From a virus: a stretch of 64,000 nt of DNA. Below the pieces are notes generated by a model, which saw nothing but the letters and a program-made list of their open reading frames with translations, had not been told where the DNA came from and searched no databases. The stretch lies in IMG/VR virus record IMGVR_UViG_3300023116_000009, positions 96,001 to 160,000 of that record, one strand, 5' to 3'. Below are positions 46,273 to 57,235 of this stretch, piece after piece (position 1 is the stretch's first letter; each line of letters begins with the position of its first letter). The translations under genes and the position numbers were made by a program.

Positions 46273-49200
46273 TCCTGAACCTCCTTGATTTCCATTTCTA
46301 CTTCCATCTTAGGAACATCCTTACGTTCTGCCTGTACAAAGTAGAACGCCGCCCCGCCACCAGTCGTGATTGTATTATCAGCGACATCAATTACCCAGCG
46401 ATTGCCAGAGTCACCAATTGCAGTCAGCTGAACTGTAATGGTGTCTTCATCAACAAGTTGTAACCAGTAATCTGGTAATGTAATTACACCATCTGTGACA
46501 CGTCCTCTGACGTATACACCATGCTCAGGACCCTCAAGTGAACCATGCTGAAGTTTGTAATTTTCCTTAGTTGGGTGATCGATAAGGAAGGACTTGCTCT
46601 TAGCAGAGAAAGTACCATTGATTGTCAGAGTATGTGTTGGAACATTAAGTCCAGTGTACATACCAACTCTTGATGTTGTTACATCAGCAGCATCAGATCT
46701 TTGATACATGCTGAATACATTATCACCAGCATGATTGGTGATTCTGAGAATATCGTTTGGAGTGATATTAGCATCATTCCAAATGGTCCACTTAACTTGA
46801 CCTTGACGTGCAAGACCCATACCAATGTCTCTGTCAAACGCATTATCAATAGTCAAGAGTGATGGATAACCAGCATCAGTATCAAAGTTCTTAAAGAGAA
46901 TACCTGCTGCTGAGGCAGCAGTAGCATAACCTCCACCACCAGTTGCGTTAACAGTCAGTTTAGAACCAATGTTTGCAGCAGTGACGCCGATACCGACATT
47001 ACCGTTATAGCGGATTCTAACTCTCTCATAGAAATCACTATTGCGTACACCAAATACTAAGTCAGTTTGATAATCACCTGCCTTAACTGCAGCAATTCGT
47101 GCAGAGGAGATTCTTGCGCCATCAGCCGCTCTACCTGCTTGTAACCACAGACCAGCAAACGTTGAAGAGTTTCCTGCCTCAGTATTGTATACTGCAAGTT
47201 CTTGTGGATATGGTTCATATGCATATTGACCACTAATACTTGCAGACCATGCGGTTGAATCAGTAACTTGCTGCTTCAACTGACCAGTTAGAGTACCACC
47301 AGAGAGTGGTAAGTTCTCAGATGCAGAACCAATCAGATCACCATATGCATTTCTAAATCCAATGTCACCATTTGAATCTCTAATTACACCCTTACTATTT
47401 GCTGCTGTATCATATGCAGCGTTGACTGTATCAATACCAACACCAAAGGTAATGTTACCTGCGTGCCAGATGTTATTACCATTAACTTGAGCGGCATTTG
47501 CTTGGAAGTTAATAGTACCAGTTCCAACAGTAGATGTACCGCCAGATGCAAGAATTCTTACATCGTAACCATTAAGATTAGGATCACCATTTGGAAGTGT
47601 GAATGCATTACCGCTGGTTAAGAATCTAATCTGACCACTAGTTGCCTCTGCTTCATTACCTAAAGTAATTACTGGATTACCAGAACCATCTGCATAGAGT
47701 TTGTGCTTATCAATAGAATAATCATCTACAGAAGTAATACCAAAGTCAGCAATTGGGAAGTAAGTTGCTGGTTCTACTGCAGTACCAAACTTGGTAACAG
47801 TTTCATTAAGAACACCAGAGATAAGTTCTGCTTGTACTTTTGTATGTGACAGTTGAGATGCTCTTGACCAAAATACTCCATTTTGAGTTCCTTCATCTGG
47901 ACCATGAATTGGAATAATGTTTGGTCTTGGACTTACATATGTAAACCCAACGCTACCATCAGTTGCAGCACCAGTTGTATGTGATGGACCATTGCCAGAT
48001 GCTGAAGTCGTACCAGCAGTGGTTACCTCATAAAGATTTTGGTTAGCAAGTACTAAAGTACCAACACCCAGAACTAAGTTATTGTCATATACAGTTGGAG
48101 TTCTGATGAAATCAACTGTAGTATAAATGTTGTTATTATACTGAACTTCTCTGCTAGGTGGAATACCTCTAGATACAAATCTGAAGTCAGCAGTACCATT
48201 AGTTACTGTACCACTTGTGTGATTCAGAGAAACGGTTCCAGATTCACCAGCAGTAGTTACCTCATAGAGGTATACATCTTCACCCAGAGTACCAGCAATG
48301 ATAGTATATACTAATTGACCTTGTGAGTATAATGTTTCTGGATCAAAGTCAACTGCAGTTACATTGCTATAACCAAACTCCCAAACATAATCTGCTTCGT
48401 ATTCTGGAGTAACTTTTAGGACATTGACTGTACCTTGGTTGACGTTATTGTCAGTGTAGAGGTTTACTGTGAAGAATGTATCACCATTTAAGTTTGCACT
48501 TGATCCACCAGTATCAAGCATTTGGAAGTCATCATATGTAAACAGGAGATTATCTACAGTGAATTCATAGATAACACCAGTATTGATTTGAACTTGAGGA
48601 TCAAATCTAGTAATTCTCAGAGAATCAGTAATTGATTTTGGTGAAAGATTGCCTGGCATCCTTCTGTTGCTCAGGTAACCATAATTCATATTTGTGCCAG
48701 ATCTTAAGAATGTATCTGACTTACCTCTTAAGAATGCAGCATCGAGAGTTGATCCAACACCATCATTACCACTGGACCATAACTTATACCAAGAACTCCA
48801 CTGGTTTGCGTTAACCGATGCGAGAGTTGCAGTCAGTTCAGCAGAAAGAGATCCTGCATAATCAAATACTGCAGTACCACTAGTTGCTTGTGCAGAACCA
48901 CTAGTATGAGTTGGTTCTTGAGTTCCTGCAGTACCAGCGGTAACTACATCATACAATCTACCAAATCCAATGGTTTCAGCAACAAATACCTTATCACCAA
49001 TATTATAATTAGCACCTGAAGACCAGCGAATGTAACCAGAGTCATATTGACGACCATTATCAACACCAAAGATGTTTTGTGGAAGTACACATGTAAATGT
49101 TCCTGGTGCATTACCAGTTTCATTATATCCATAACCAGTATCAACAATGGTTACATTAGTAATTTGCCCATTGCTTCCAACGGTAATATCTGCCTTAAGA

Positions 49201-52200
49201 CCATGACCTTCACCACCACCAAGTTCTACTGATTTGTATTGACCAGGAGTGTAACCGTTACCTGCTTTAGAAATTGCAATGGATCCAACAAAGTTTCCAC
49301 CATGACCACGAATCCATTGGTTGTTATTATCGGTAAATGCAAACTGAGTAATTGCATAACCATCAAATGTAGTTCCAGTACCAATACCTCTTCTAGTTGT
49401 GTACTTGGTATGGTCAGTTCCGCCGTCTAACAAACCATCATCGGCATTCTTCTTCCATGCTGCTGATGTTCCAAGTGGTGCGTTAGATGGTGCAAGAGTT
49501 TGCTGTCTAACGTCAGAAATTGTAAGATTCAGTGCAGTACCTGATTGACCCGTAATGTCAATGATATATTCGCCAGAAAGGTAGTCAGGACCAAGAGTAC
49601 CAGCATCAATGTTAGATGCGTCTGTATAGAACTCTTTATCTTCACCATCGAGTTGGTCAGCATCCAGACCAGACCCTGCACCCTCTTTGAGTGTCAATGC
49701 ACCATCAGGTCCGAAATTCCATTGCTCTTTATAGAATCTCCAAACACCAAGGTTACTAAAGTCATCACCAGCAATGGTTAAGTTGTCACCACGTTTGATG
49801 TCAATTGTAATATCATTAAAGATCTTAGATGTCTCTGCAACCTTTGCTTCCAGATCTGCATCATCATCTCCATTTGGATTTGTGATTGATGCAGGTAGTG
49901 TTGAAATAGAGAAGTCAGCGTTATAATTTAGACCTCCTTCTACAACAGCAACTCTTGAAATTACACCATCTGCAATAGTTGCTGTAGCAGCAGCACTGTT
50001 ACCAACACCAGTGAATTCGATGTTAGGTGCAGAAGTGAATCCACTACCACCATCAAGAATTCTAATCTCGGTAACTGAACCATTAGTCGTAACTGCTTTT
50101 GCAACAACGTTAACCAGAACAGCACCATTATTATCTTTAAAAATGACCGTTGGTGGTTCTTCAGCAAATACAACTGGAGTAACGTTTTCGTCAACAACAA
50201 GGCGATAACCAGTACCACCGTTGGTGACTGCAATACTCTTAACAGCACCATCACTAACTGTGAAGTCGGCAAGGAATCCTTCTCCTGCTCCACCAACTAC
50301 TTGTTGAGATTGTAAAGTTCCAGTTCCTCCACCCAAAGTAGAAATACCATAATTTTCACCACCGTCGATAATTTCAACAGATCCAATATATGTACTTCTT
50401 TGGTTTGAAGAACTGATAACAAGTGGTGTCTCTGCAGAATTCTTTCTGATAGAAGAAACAACAGGAACGAACTTAGAATCACCTCTCAGGTAAGTATTAG
50501 AACTTGCTGGATAATTAGAAGTAATGTTTGCTAATCTTGCTGGATTAATGACACCAGTGGTAATAGAACCAGCGTCAATATTAGTAGAAGTCAACTGAAC
50601 CCAGTTTGAATCAAGTTGACCAGAAGTATTAACTACATTAGTAATTGCTACAGTTTGAGGTGTACCACTAAAATCTTGGATATCATCTGCAACTGCAAAT
50701 TTAATATTACCAATGAGAATGAGTTCTAATCTACTTCTAATGACTAAAGATGCGTTTGCGCCAGCACCGCCAGTTCCAGTATTATCAAATATAATTGAAG
50801 GTGCAGTTGTATAACCAGAACCTCTATTCGTTACCGTGATAACAGAAACACGATTATTATCAATTTGTGCTGTGGCAGTTGCCGCAGTTCCAGCATACTC
50901 AAAGGTTACTGTTCCATCAGTAGCAGTGCCTGATGTATGAATTGGACCACCACCAGAAGAACTTGAAGTGCCAGCAACTGTTACTGTATACAGATTTCCG
51001 TTGGCAGCAATTTGAGCACCAGCACTATAACCAGTGCTATTTGCATACTGAATACCAATTGTAACTGTTGGTGCTGTGGTATAACCAGATCCACCACTAA
51101 TAACACTTACATTTGGTGATACTTCGCCATGAATATAGTAATTAACTGTACCTTGTCCATTAGAGGGAGTACCACTTACAACATCTCCATTTGAGAATGT
51201 ATAAGTTGGGTCTGGAGTAAACTCAAGAATTTGAGCATAGGTATCATTGTTCAGAATGTAGGAGATATTGTTTGGTGCCAACTGAATTGCAATGTCACCT
51301 GCAAGTGCTCCTTCCAGTGCAAGACGTGCTGCCAGATCTGCAACAGTAAAGACATTAAATGGTCTCAGTGCTGGAATCTGGTCAATATTAATTCTACCAG
51401 TAGAATCTAACTGTACAAGGTTACCAGGAGATGGTGTTGTGCCATATGGTTTGTTCTTGTAGTTACCATAGTTATTGGTAATATATTCTCTAATTGATGC
51501 TTGAGTTGCCAGAATTCTATCACTATTCAGTTCGGTAGAACCAAGGGTAATATCACCAAGTTTCTCATCTCCAGAGAAACCAACAATTTCAATATCACCA
51601 CCCTTAATCTTCAGGAACGCAACTTCTTCAATTTCAACAGTACCACCAAAGGTGATGTTACCAGTTCTGTTTTCGATGTTAGCAAAGTAACCAACTTTAA
51701 AGTTACCGAGTTCGTCAGTACCTGATGCATAAACACGACCGTTAAGTTGAGATACCTGTTCGTAATCAGCGGTATCTTCAGATCCTCTCTTACCACCATT
51801 TTGTGGCAGAGCGTTATAGTCAACACCAGAACCAGAGAATTCCCACGTGTGAGAAGACGAGTTACAAATAGATGGTCTGTGGAGATTAATTGGGTGATTA
51901 ATCAGTTTATAACGAGTTGAGTTATCAAGGATAAACTCACCATCATCTCTTTCTGCACCAGATGGAAGTGGAGTTGTAACTGTTGGGTTATCAAGAATTT
52001 CATCAATCAGAGTATTCAGGGTATCGATTGCTGCCTGAACGTTAGCACAATCAGAAGTGCTATACAGATCAGAAGCAGTTCCTACTTCACCCGCAGGTGA
52101 GGATACATCATGAATTACTGCAAGATCTACGTATGGTTTTACAGTTGTATACTGTGCAACATAGTATCCAGCAGTTGTTTCTGCTCCAGTTAGAGTAGTT

Positions 52201-55200
52201 CCAAACTCTTTAAGTTGGTTATTAATTGCTAACTTACAGAGAACCGTTGCCTGATCAAATACTGCTTTTGTTCCTGCAGCATAACCAGTAATGTGTGCAA
52301 TGACACTATTTTCAATATATGATTTACCAGCATCCCAAGTAAATGCATTACCGTCATCTCTGATGTCATCAGCAATTGCCTGAACAATCAGTTCAGTATC
52401 TCTGATGCACTTAGCATAATTTGCTTGGAATGAATATACATTGCTATACAGAACAGTATAGAATGCTTCTTCTGCAATGTACTTCTTATTATTCTCAATA
52501 AGAACCGCAGCATCAGTGTATCTGTTTTCATTACCAATCAAACGCATTTGAGCATCTGCTTGTACTAATGCATCAGTATTGGTTGCTTGAATAACAGAAT
52601 CAATAAAGTATTCTGGATTATTATTGCCTGATCTCAGAACGGGTTTGATGCCATCAACTTTAATAATATAGTGCTCTCTTGGTTCTGAATTCAATTGACT
52701 AATATCAAATGTTGGAGTACCAATGAGGTCAAAAGTAACATCATCAACTTTACCAACATCAAAGTTGTAAGGGTCTACTCTAAATCCAGTTGCTCTCAGT
52801 GAGTAAATACCAAAGTTAGATGCTGAGTTGGTCAGGGATGCATATCCACCACTTTCAACAACACAACCATCATAAGTAAAGATACAGAAGACCGAAACCA
52901 ACTGAGTGTATCCATCGTTGATGACTCGATAACCAGTGCCGCCAAATGAGATGATCGTGAACGCAGCAGCAACCATCGACTTACCTTGTGGTGGCAGTCC
53001 AGGTCTGATAACGTTAGGATCAGCAACCTTAGCACCGTCAATCTCACATCCAGATCCACCAAGGAACGAGATTACTGAAGAGTTAAAGATGTATGGAGAC
53101 GCTTCAATAATAGGAAGATCTAAGAAGTTTCTTGCAAAAGTAACAAACTTAGTTCCATTATCCTCAAAAGATTTTTCTGGTAAAGTTCTATCTGGTGCAG
53201 TTCCTCCAGAAATTACAGTATCAATAATACCGAAGTAAGTATAAATTGCAGAGGTTACATTTGCACAAACATAATCTCTATTTGCTTCATAAGTATTAGA
53301 GATTGTTGTATCTCTAAATGTAGTTTGTGTTGAAGTTCCTGCATTTACTAAGTTTGTAGAATAGTAGAACTTGGATGATGCTGTTGCAAACGAAACGAAT
53401 GCATCATAACTAGAACCAAGAACCGTGAAGTTAATACCAGCACTATTTGCAACTTCAAACCATCTACGTCCATCGTAAGAGTTTAAAATGCCATCATCAG
53501 TACTGATCCAGAACTGGTAACCATCATGATAAACTCTATTATTATTCTTACCTGCAGCAGTTCTTGTAATTCCAGTAAGGTTTCCAGGAGTTGCTGTAGT
53601 ACCAATTGCTTGGTCTAAAATTGCAAACAGGTTTTGAATTGCAGTTGCTACGTTAGCACAATATGGACTGTTACTATCAATAGTGACATTGTTATCAAAT
53701 GACTGAAGAAGACCTGAAGCATAATTCTGAACGTCAGATACTGCAAATGCTTCATTACGCATTGCTGCAATAGCAAAGGATTCTGCATATCCGAATACTT
53801 CTGCAGATTCATCTTCTTCGCCAGAGACATGTGCTCCAGTTACATAAAGATTAGCAGCATCATATACTCTATCATTTCCACCATACTGTAAGTTAAGGAC
53901 CATTGCTTCCAAGAAGTCCATAACATCATCTTTACATGCCTGATTGCCTGTAGGGATGCTAAATCCTTGATTGTTATCAAGCATCTTATTTACAGACATC
54001 TCAGCAATTATTTGCTTGTTTGCTAAGATGAGGTCTGCAGCATCTCCGTATCTATCTGCTACAAACTCTGCGGCAATTCCAAGTTTCCAAGTTTGACCGT
54101 CTGTTGATGTATAAATTAAATCTCCTGAAGCAGCAATGAGAATATCCTCGTTTGCTGTAATTGAAGAGAATGTAGTTGCGGATGTAGTTCTTTCTGTCCA
54201 TACAACGCCATCAGGTGAAGTGTATGCACTACCACCACTACCTACAGCAACAAACTGACTATTCTTATAATCCCAAATTACATCTTTTACAAGGTGTTGA
54301 CCAGATCCATTAACAGGTACAAAAGAACCTCTTGCAGTCCATTCCTGACCGTTATCAGAAGAGAACCACTGAGGACCACCAAATCCTACCCATTGCTCAT
54401 CATCATCCCAAGCAATAGTACTAATTGATTGGGAACTGAGGTTGCCGCCTTGTGCAATTGCCCAATTTACGCCATTGCTGGAGGTAATAATATATGCACC
54501 ATCAGCACCACCACGACCACCAACAACAACAATTGTTTGTCCATTCCAAATAATATCATTCCATTGAGTTCCTGCGGTAATAGGACTTGTTTGTTGAGTC
54601 CAGGTAATACCGTCAGGAGAAGTTGCGATTAAACCAGCAGAACCAACGGCAATAAATTGTGTATTTACCCACTGTACTGCGTAGATAGTTGCGCCAATGG
54701 AATTTGCAATTGCAGTTAAGTTTGAACCATTCAGATATTGAATTCTATTTCTAATTGCAAGAACTGCTAGTTCTCTTGCTTGTTCAAATGCATATCTGGT
54801 TTCTTCTAACTGACCATTAATATGAATTAAAGCATTGCCTTGGTAATAGTTATTTGCTGCTTCTAAGGTTGCAGCATTACCACCGTGAGACAAGTCATAT
54901 TGAACAGCATTCAGAACGTGCTTAATATCTGTTTTGCACTGATCTTCATTTGGGATGATTAATGAAGAATATTTTGCCTTGGTTCTGATTACTGCTTCAT
55001 CTGCAATAAACTCTTTGTTCCTTCTAATAAGATCAGCACCATCTAAGAATCTGTGACCTTGCTTTTCGGACTCTTCAAATTTAAATGGTGAGTTCAGCAA
55101 ACTGAACTTAACGTAGTTATCAGAGGAAGTTACAACAGCACCATATACAGTCAGAGAGAATGGTACTGCTTCCGATCCTAACTGTGATGGAGTATCTTTG

Positions 55201-56795
55201 AATACTGCAAATACTTTACTAAATCCGTCTGATGACTCTACACGCTTAGTAACATATTGACGACCATTAAATCTATTGAGATCTCCACCTGCACCAGAAG
55301 AGGGAAGATCTGAAAATTCTACCCATTGACCTTCTTCAAACGTATGATACTGCTGAGTTCTAAAGAATAACCAATCTGGATATGCACTATCAAAATAGCA
55401 ATTCTCAATCAAGTAATTAGGATGCTCAGTTACGTGCTCAGTAACTTCACCCTCTGGTCTTAATGATTTAATATTTGTTGCAACAAATTGATACTGAGGA
55501 ATGCTAGTATTAAAAGTAAATTCTGCTGTTCCATTTAAAGCAGCACCACTAGAGTGTGATGGTTCATTGGTTCCAGAAGTACCTGCAACAGTAATGTCAT
55601 ATAACGTATTATCGATGAATACTTGATCACCTAAGTCATATGCAGTTTCTGGAGTCCATCTAATTGCACCTACTGCTGGTACAGGAGTATATTTAAAAGT
55701 ATCACCTTGTTCTAATGCACCTCTTACAGTACCAACAGTGATGAATCCTTTGTCAACACTAGTTTGATCAGCAACATTTAAACTATCTGGTAATCCAAAA
55801 CTTACCTCAGTAATGATTGCTCTACCGCCAGTTGCAACACCAACGATCTCATCACCAACTACAAAGACAGGATCACTAGTGCTTGCACGGTCAAACTGAA
55901 CCTGGAAAATACCTTCACCAAAAATTTGATAACCAATTGGGAATTCTCTACCAAATTGACCACCAAGAGTTTTATCATAATACATTCTTTGCTTATCGTC
56001 AAAGACGTAAGCATAATCCCAAGTACCAACAGGTTTTTCAAAACCATCAACTACTTCGATCTTGTCACGGAATGTGACACCGATCATGTAGTTTTCATTC
56101 TGGTTTTTGAACATGTGCTTGTTCGGATTCTGCGGGCGAATAATGCAGAGACGAATGTTATCGCCCACAACCGAACATTTATCAGGAATGGAGATTGGGT
56201 TATCTTCTAAGTAATCTCCACCTGCAACAATAAGGGTTTCCTTATCAGGAGTAGTACCAGCAATCTGTGCTGCCTTTTTAATCGTTCTTACTGGTTTCGT
56301 AGCAGAGCGACCATCAAAGTCATCGTTACCAATCTGCTCAGAAACATAAACACGACCACCAACGTCGTTAGTTGCAATGTTATAAACAAAGTTTGTTGTT
56401 GCAACTTTGTTCGTATCATCATCAAAAGCAGGAGTTTCAGAAGTTGGGAAGAAGGTATCTCCAGTTTCTGGATCAACAAATGACTGAAGGTTAGGTGCTT
56501 TTAAATTAAGTTTTGGATTGACGATTGTGTCAATATCCAAGTTGTTAATTTTTGCAGTATCAGAAATGATAGAAGTGGTCGTTCTAATCTGACCTTCAAC
56601 ATCAAGTTCATATTGTGGCGTTAAAGTATTAATACCAACACGAACCAGTTTGTCAACATCATCTGACAATTGAGAAAATAATGCCGATTTTTCATCAGCA
56701 CCACCACCCAATCTCAAATTCAAACTTGTATCGTTTTTGATCTTCAGAGAATTCGACTTAAGAATCTCCTTATCAGCATTAAATTCTAACGCCAT
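46269..56795 (-). CDS. Giant mosaic virion fibre/baseplate protein (3508 aa)
   Basis: YVS..GND...G..KP.RTIKKA motif, three helical repeats, SxDGxTW propeller repeats, carbohydrate-binding-like repeats, fibre-type C-terminus; late promoter CTAAATA at 56819-56825. Confidence 0.75.
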   Translation of the reverse strand: MALEFNADKEILKSNSLKIKNDTSLNLRLGGGADEKSALFSQLSDDVDKLVRVGINTLTPQYELDVEGQIRTTTSIISDTAKINNLDIDTIVNPKLNLKAPNLQSFVDPETGDTFFPTSETPAFDDDTNKVATTNFVYNIATNDVGGRVYVSEQIGNDDFDGRSATKPVRTIKKAAQIAGTTPDKETLIVAGGDYLEDNPISIPDKCSVVGDNIRLCIIRPQNPNKHMFKNQNENYMIGVTFRDKIEVVDGFEKPVGTWDYAYVFDDKQRMYYDKTLGGQFGREFPIGYQIFGEGIFQVQFDRASTSDPVFVVGDEIVGVATGGRAIITEVSFGLPDSLNVADQTSVDKGFITVGTVRGALEQGDTFKYTPVPAVGAIRWTPETAYDLGDQVFIDNTLYDITVAGTSGTNEPSHSSGAALNGTAEFTFNTSIPQYQFVATNIKSLRPEGEVTEHVTEHPNYLIENCYFDSAYPDWLFFRTQQYHTFEEGQWVEFSDLPSSGAGGDLNRFNGRQYVTKRVESSDGFSKVFAVFKDTPSQLGSEAVPFSLTVYGAVVTSSDNYVKFSLLNSPFKFEESEKQGHRFLDGADLIRRNKEFIADEAVIRTKAKYSSLIIPNEDQCKTDIKHVLNAVQYDLSHGGNAATLEAANNYYQGNALIHINGQLEETRYAFEQARELAVLAIRNRIQYLNGSNLTAIANSIGATIYAVQWVNTQFIAVGSAGLIATSPDGITWTQQTSPITAGTQWNDIIWNGQTIVVVGGRGGADGAYIITSSNGVNWAIAQGGNLSSQSISTIAWDDDEQWVGFGGPQWFSSDNGQEWTARGSFVPVNGSGQHLVKDVIWDYKNSQFVAVGSGGSAYTSPDGVVWTERTTSATTFSSITANEDILIAASGDLIYTSTDGQTWKLGIAAEFVADRYGDAADLILANKQIIAEMSVNKMLDNNQGFSIPTGNQACKDDVMDFLEAMVLNLQYGGNDRVYDAANLYVTGAHVSGEEDESAEVFGYAESFAIAAMRNEAFAVSDVQNYASGLLQSFDNNVTIDSNSPYCANVATAIQNLFAILDQAIGTTATPGNLTGITRTAAGKNNNRVYHDGYQFWISTDDGILNSYDGRRWFEVANSAGINFTVLGSSYDAFVSFATASSKFYYSTNLVNAGTSTQTTFRDTTISNTYEANRDYVCANVTSAIYTYFGIIDTVISGGTAPDRTLPEKSFEDNGTKFVTFARNFLDLPIIEASPYIFNSSVISFLGGSGCEIDGAKVADPNVIRPGLPPQGKSMVAAAFTIISFGGTGYRVINDGYTQLVSVFCIFTYDGCVVESGGYASLTNSASNFGIYSLRATGFRVDPYNFDVGKVDDVTFDLIGTPTFDISQLNSEPREHYIIKVDGIKPVLRSGNNNPEYFIDSVIQATNTDALVQADAQMRLIGNENRYTDAAVLIENNKKYIAEEAFYTVLYSNVYSFQANYAKCIRDTELIVQAIADDIRDDGNAFTWDAGKSYIENSVIAHITGYAAGTKAVFDQATVLCKLAINNQLKEFGTTLTGAETTAGYYVAQYTTVKPYVDLAVIHDVSSPAGEVGTASDLYSTSDCANVQAAIDTLNTLIDEILDNPTVTTPLPSGAERDDGEFILDNSTRYKLINHPINLHRPSICNSSSHTWEFSGSGVDYNALPQNGGKRGSEDTADYEQVSQLNGRVYASGTDELGNFKVGYFANIENRTGNITFGGTVEIEEVAFLKIKGGDIEIVGFSGDEKLGDITLGSTELNSDRILATQASIREYITNNYGNYKNKPYGTTPSPGNLVQLDSTGRINIDQIPALRPFNVFTVADLAARLALEGALAGDIAIQLAPNNISYILNNDTYAQILEFTPDPTYTFSNGDVVSGTPSNGQGTVNYYIHGEVSPNVSVISGGSGYTTAPTVTIGIQYANSTGYSAGAQIAANGNLYTVTVAGTSSSSGGGPIHTSGTATDGTVTFEYAGTAATATAQIDNNRVSVITVTNRGSGYTTAPSIIFDNTGTGGAGANASLVIRSRLELILIGNIKFAVADDIQDFSGTPQTVAITNVVNTSGQLDSNWVQLTSTNIDAGSITTGVINPARLANITSNYPASSNTYLRGDSKFVPVVSSIRKNSAETPLVISSSNQRSTYIGSVEIIDGGENYGISTLGGGTGTLQSQQVVGGAGEGFLADFTVSDGAVKSIAVTNGGTGYRLVVDENVTPVVFAEEPPTVIFKDNNGAVLVNVVAKAVTTNGSVTEIRILDGGSGFTSAPNIEFTGVGNSAAATATIADGVISRVAVVEGGLNYNADFSISTLPASITNPNGDDDADLEAKVAETSKIFNDITIDIKRGDNLTIAGDDFSNLGVWRFYKEQWNFGPDGALTLKEGAGSGLDADQLDGEDKEFYTDASNIDAGTLGPDYLSGEYIIDITGQSGTALNLTISDVRQQTLAPSNAPLGTSAAWKKNADDGLLDGGTDHTKYTTRRGIGTGTTFDGYAITQFAFTDNNNQWIRGHGGNFVGSIAISKAGNGYTPGQYKSVELGGGEGHGLKADITVGSNGQITNVTIVDTGYGYNETGNAPGTFTCVLPQNIFGVDNGRQYDSGYIRWSSGANYNIGDKVFVAETIGFGRLYDVVTAGTAGTQEPTHTSGSAQATSGTAVFDYAGSLSAELTATLASVNANQWSSWYKLWSSGNDGVGSTLDAAFLRGKSDTFLRSGTNMNYGYLSNRRMPGNLSPKSITDSLRITRFDPQVQINTGVIYEFTVDNLLFTYDDFQMLDTGGSSANLNGDTFFTVNLYTDNNVNQGTVNVLKVTPEYEADYVWEFGYSNVTAVDFDPETLYSQGQLVYTIIAGTLGEDVYLYEVTTAGESGTVSLNHTSGTVTNGTADFRFVSRGIPPSREVQYNNNIYTTVDFIRTPTVYDNNLVLGVGTLVLANQNLYEVTTAGTTSASGNGPSHTTGAATDGSVGFTYVSPRPNIIPIHGPDEGTQNGVFWSRASQLSHTKVQAELISGVLNETVTKFGTAVEPATYFPIADFGITSVDDYSIDKHKLYADGSGNPVITLGNEAEATSGQIRFLTSGNAFTLPNGDPNLNGYDVRILASGGTSTVGTGTINFQANAAQVNGNNIWHAGNITFGVGIDTVNAAYDTAANSKGVIRDSNGDIGFRNAYGDLIGSASENLPLSGGTLTGQLKQQVTDSTAWSASISGQYAYEPYPQELAVYNTEAGNSSTFAGLWLQAGRAADGARISSARIAAVKAGDYQTDLVFGVRNSDFYERVRIRYNGNVGIGVTAANIGSKLTVNATGGGGYATAASAAGILFKNFDTDAGYPSLLTIDNAFDRDIGMGLARQGQVKWTIWNDANITPNDILRITNHAGDNVFSMYQRSDAADVTTSRVGMYTGLNVPTHTLTINGTFSAKSKSFLIDHPTKENYKLQHGSLEGPEHGVYVRGRVTDGVITLPDYWLQLVDEDTITVQLTAIGDSGNRWVIDVADNTITTGGGAAFYFVQAERKDVPKMEVEMEIKEVQE

Positions 56796-56833
56796 GTTCT
56801 TCTAAATTCCTTCTTTGTTATTTAGTACTATTA

Positions 56834-57208
56834 TTATGGGAGGGTTCTATAACCTTCGTATTTTGACAGATCCTCAGATTCTTCATCATATCTGTCTCTA
56901 TCCTCTTTATCATGAGCAGCTCTATAGTCATGCATATGCAAAAACTTTAATTTGCAATCAGGATAATTCGCTTCCATAAAATCAATAAATTCACTCATAA
57001 CTGTAGTTGCAACATCATCTAAATATGCATTGAATTCTAAACGCCTCCTATCCTCGTCATAACGACGCTCAATAATATATACTTCCTCAGGCAAATCATA
57101 AAGGAGTGCTTGAGCGTCTTCTTTACTAATATTTCTTCTTACGTATTCAAATTCAATATCGTGCAAATCTGGCATTTGCACATTGCTTGTGCCTTGAGTT
57201 GGTTCCAT
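56834..57208 (-). CDS. Acidic hypothetical protein
   Basis: 124 aa ORF with late promoter ATAAATA at 57230-57236. Confidence 0.6.
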   Translation of the reverse strand: MEPTQGTSNVQMPDLHDIEFEYVRRNISKEDAQALLYDLPEEVYIIERRYDEDRRRLEFNAYLDDVATTVMSEFIDFMEANYPDCKLKFLHMHDYRAAHDKEDRDRYDEESEDLSKYEGYRTLP

Positions 57209-57235
57209 AAAACTTTAAAAATATATGATTATTTA

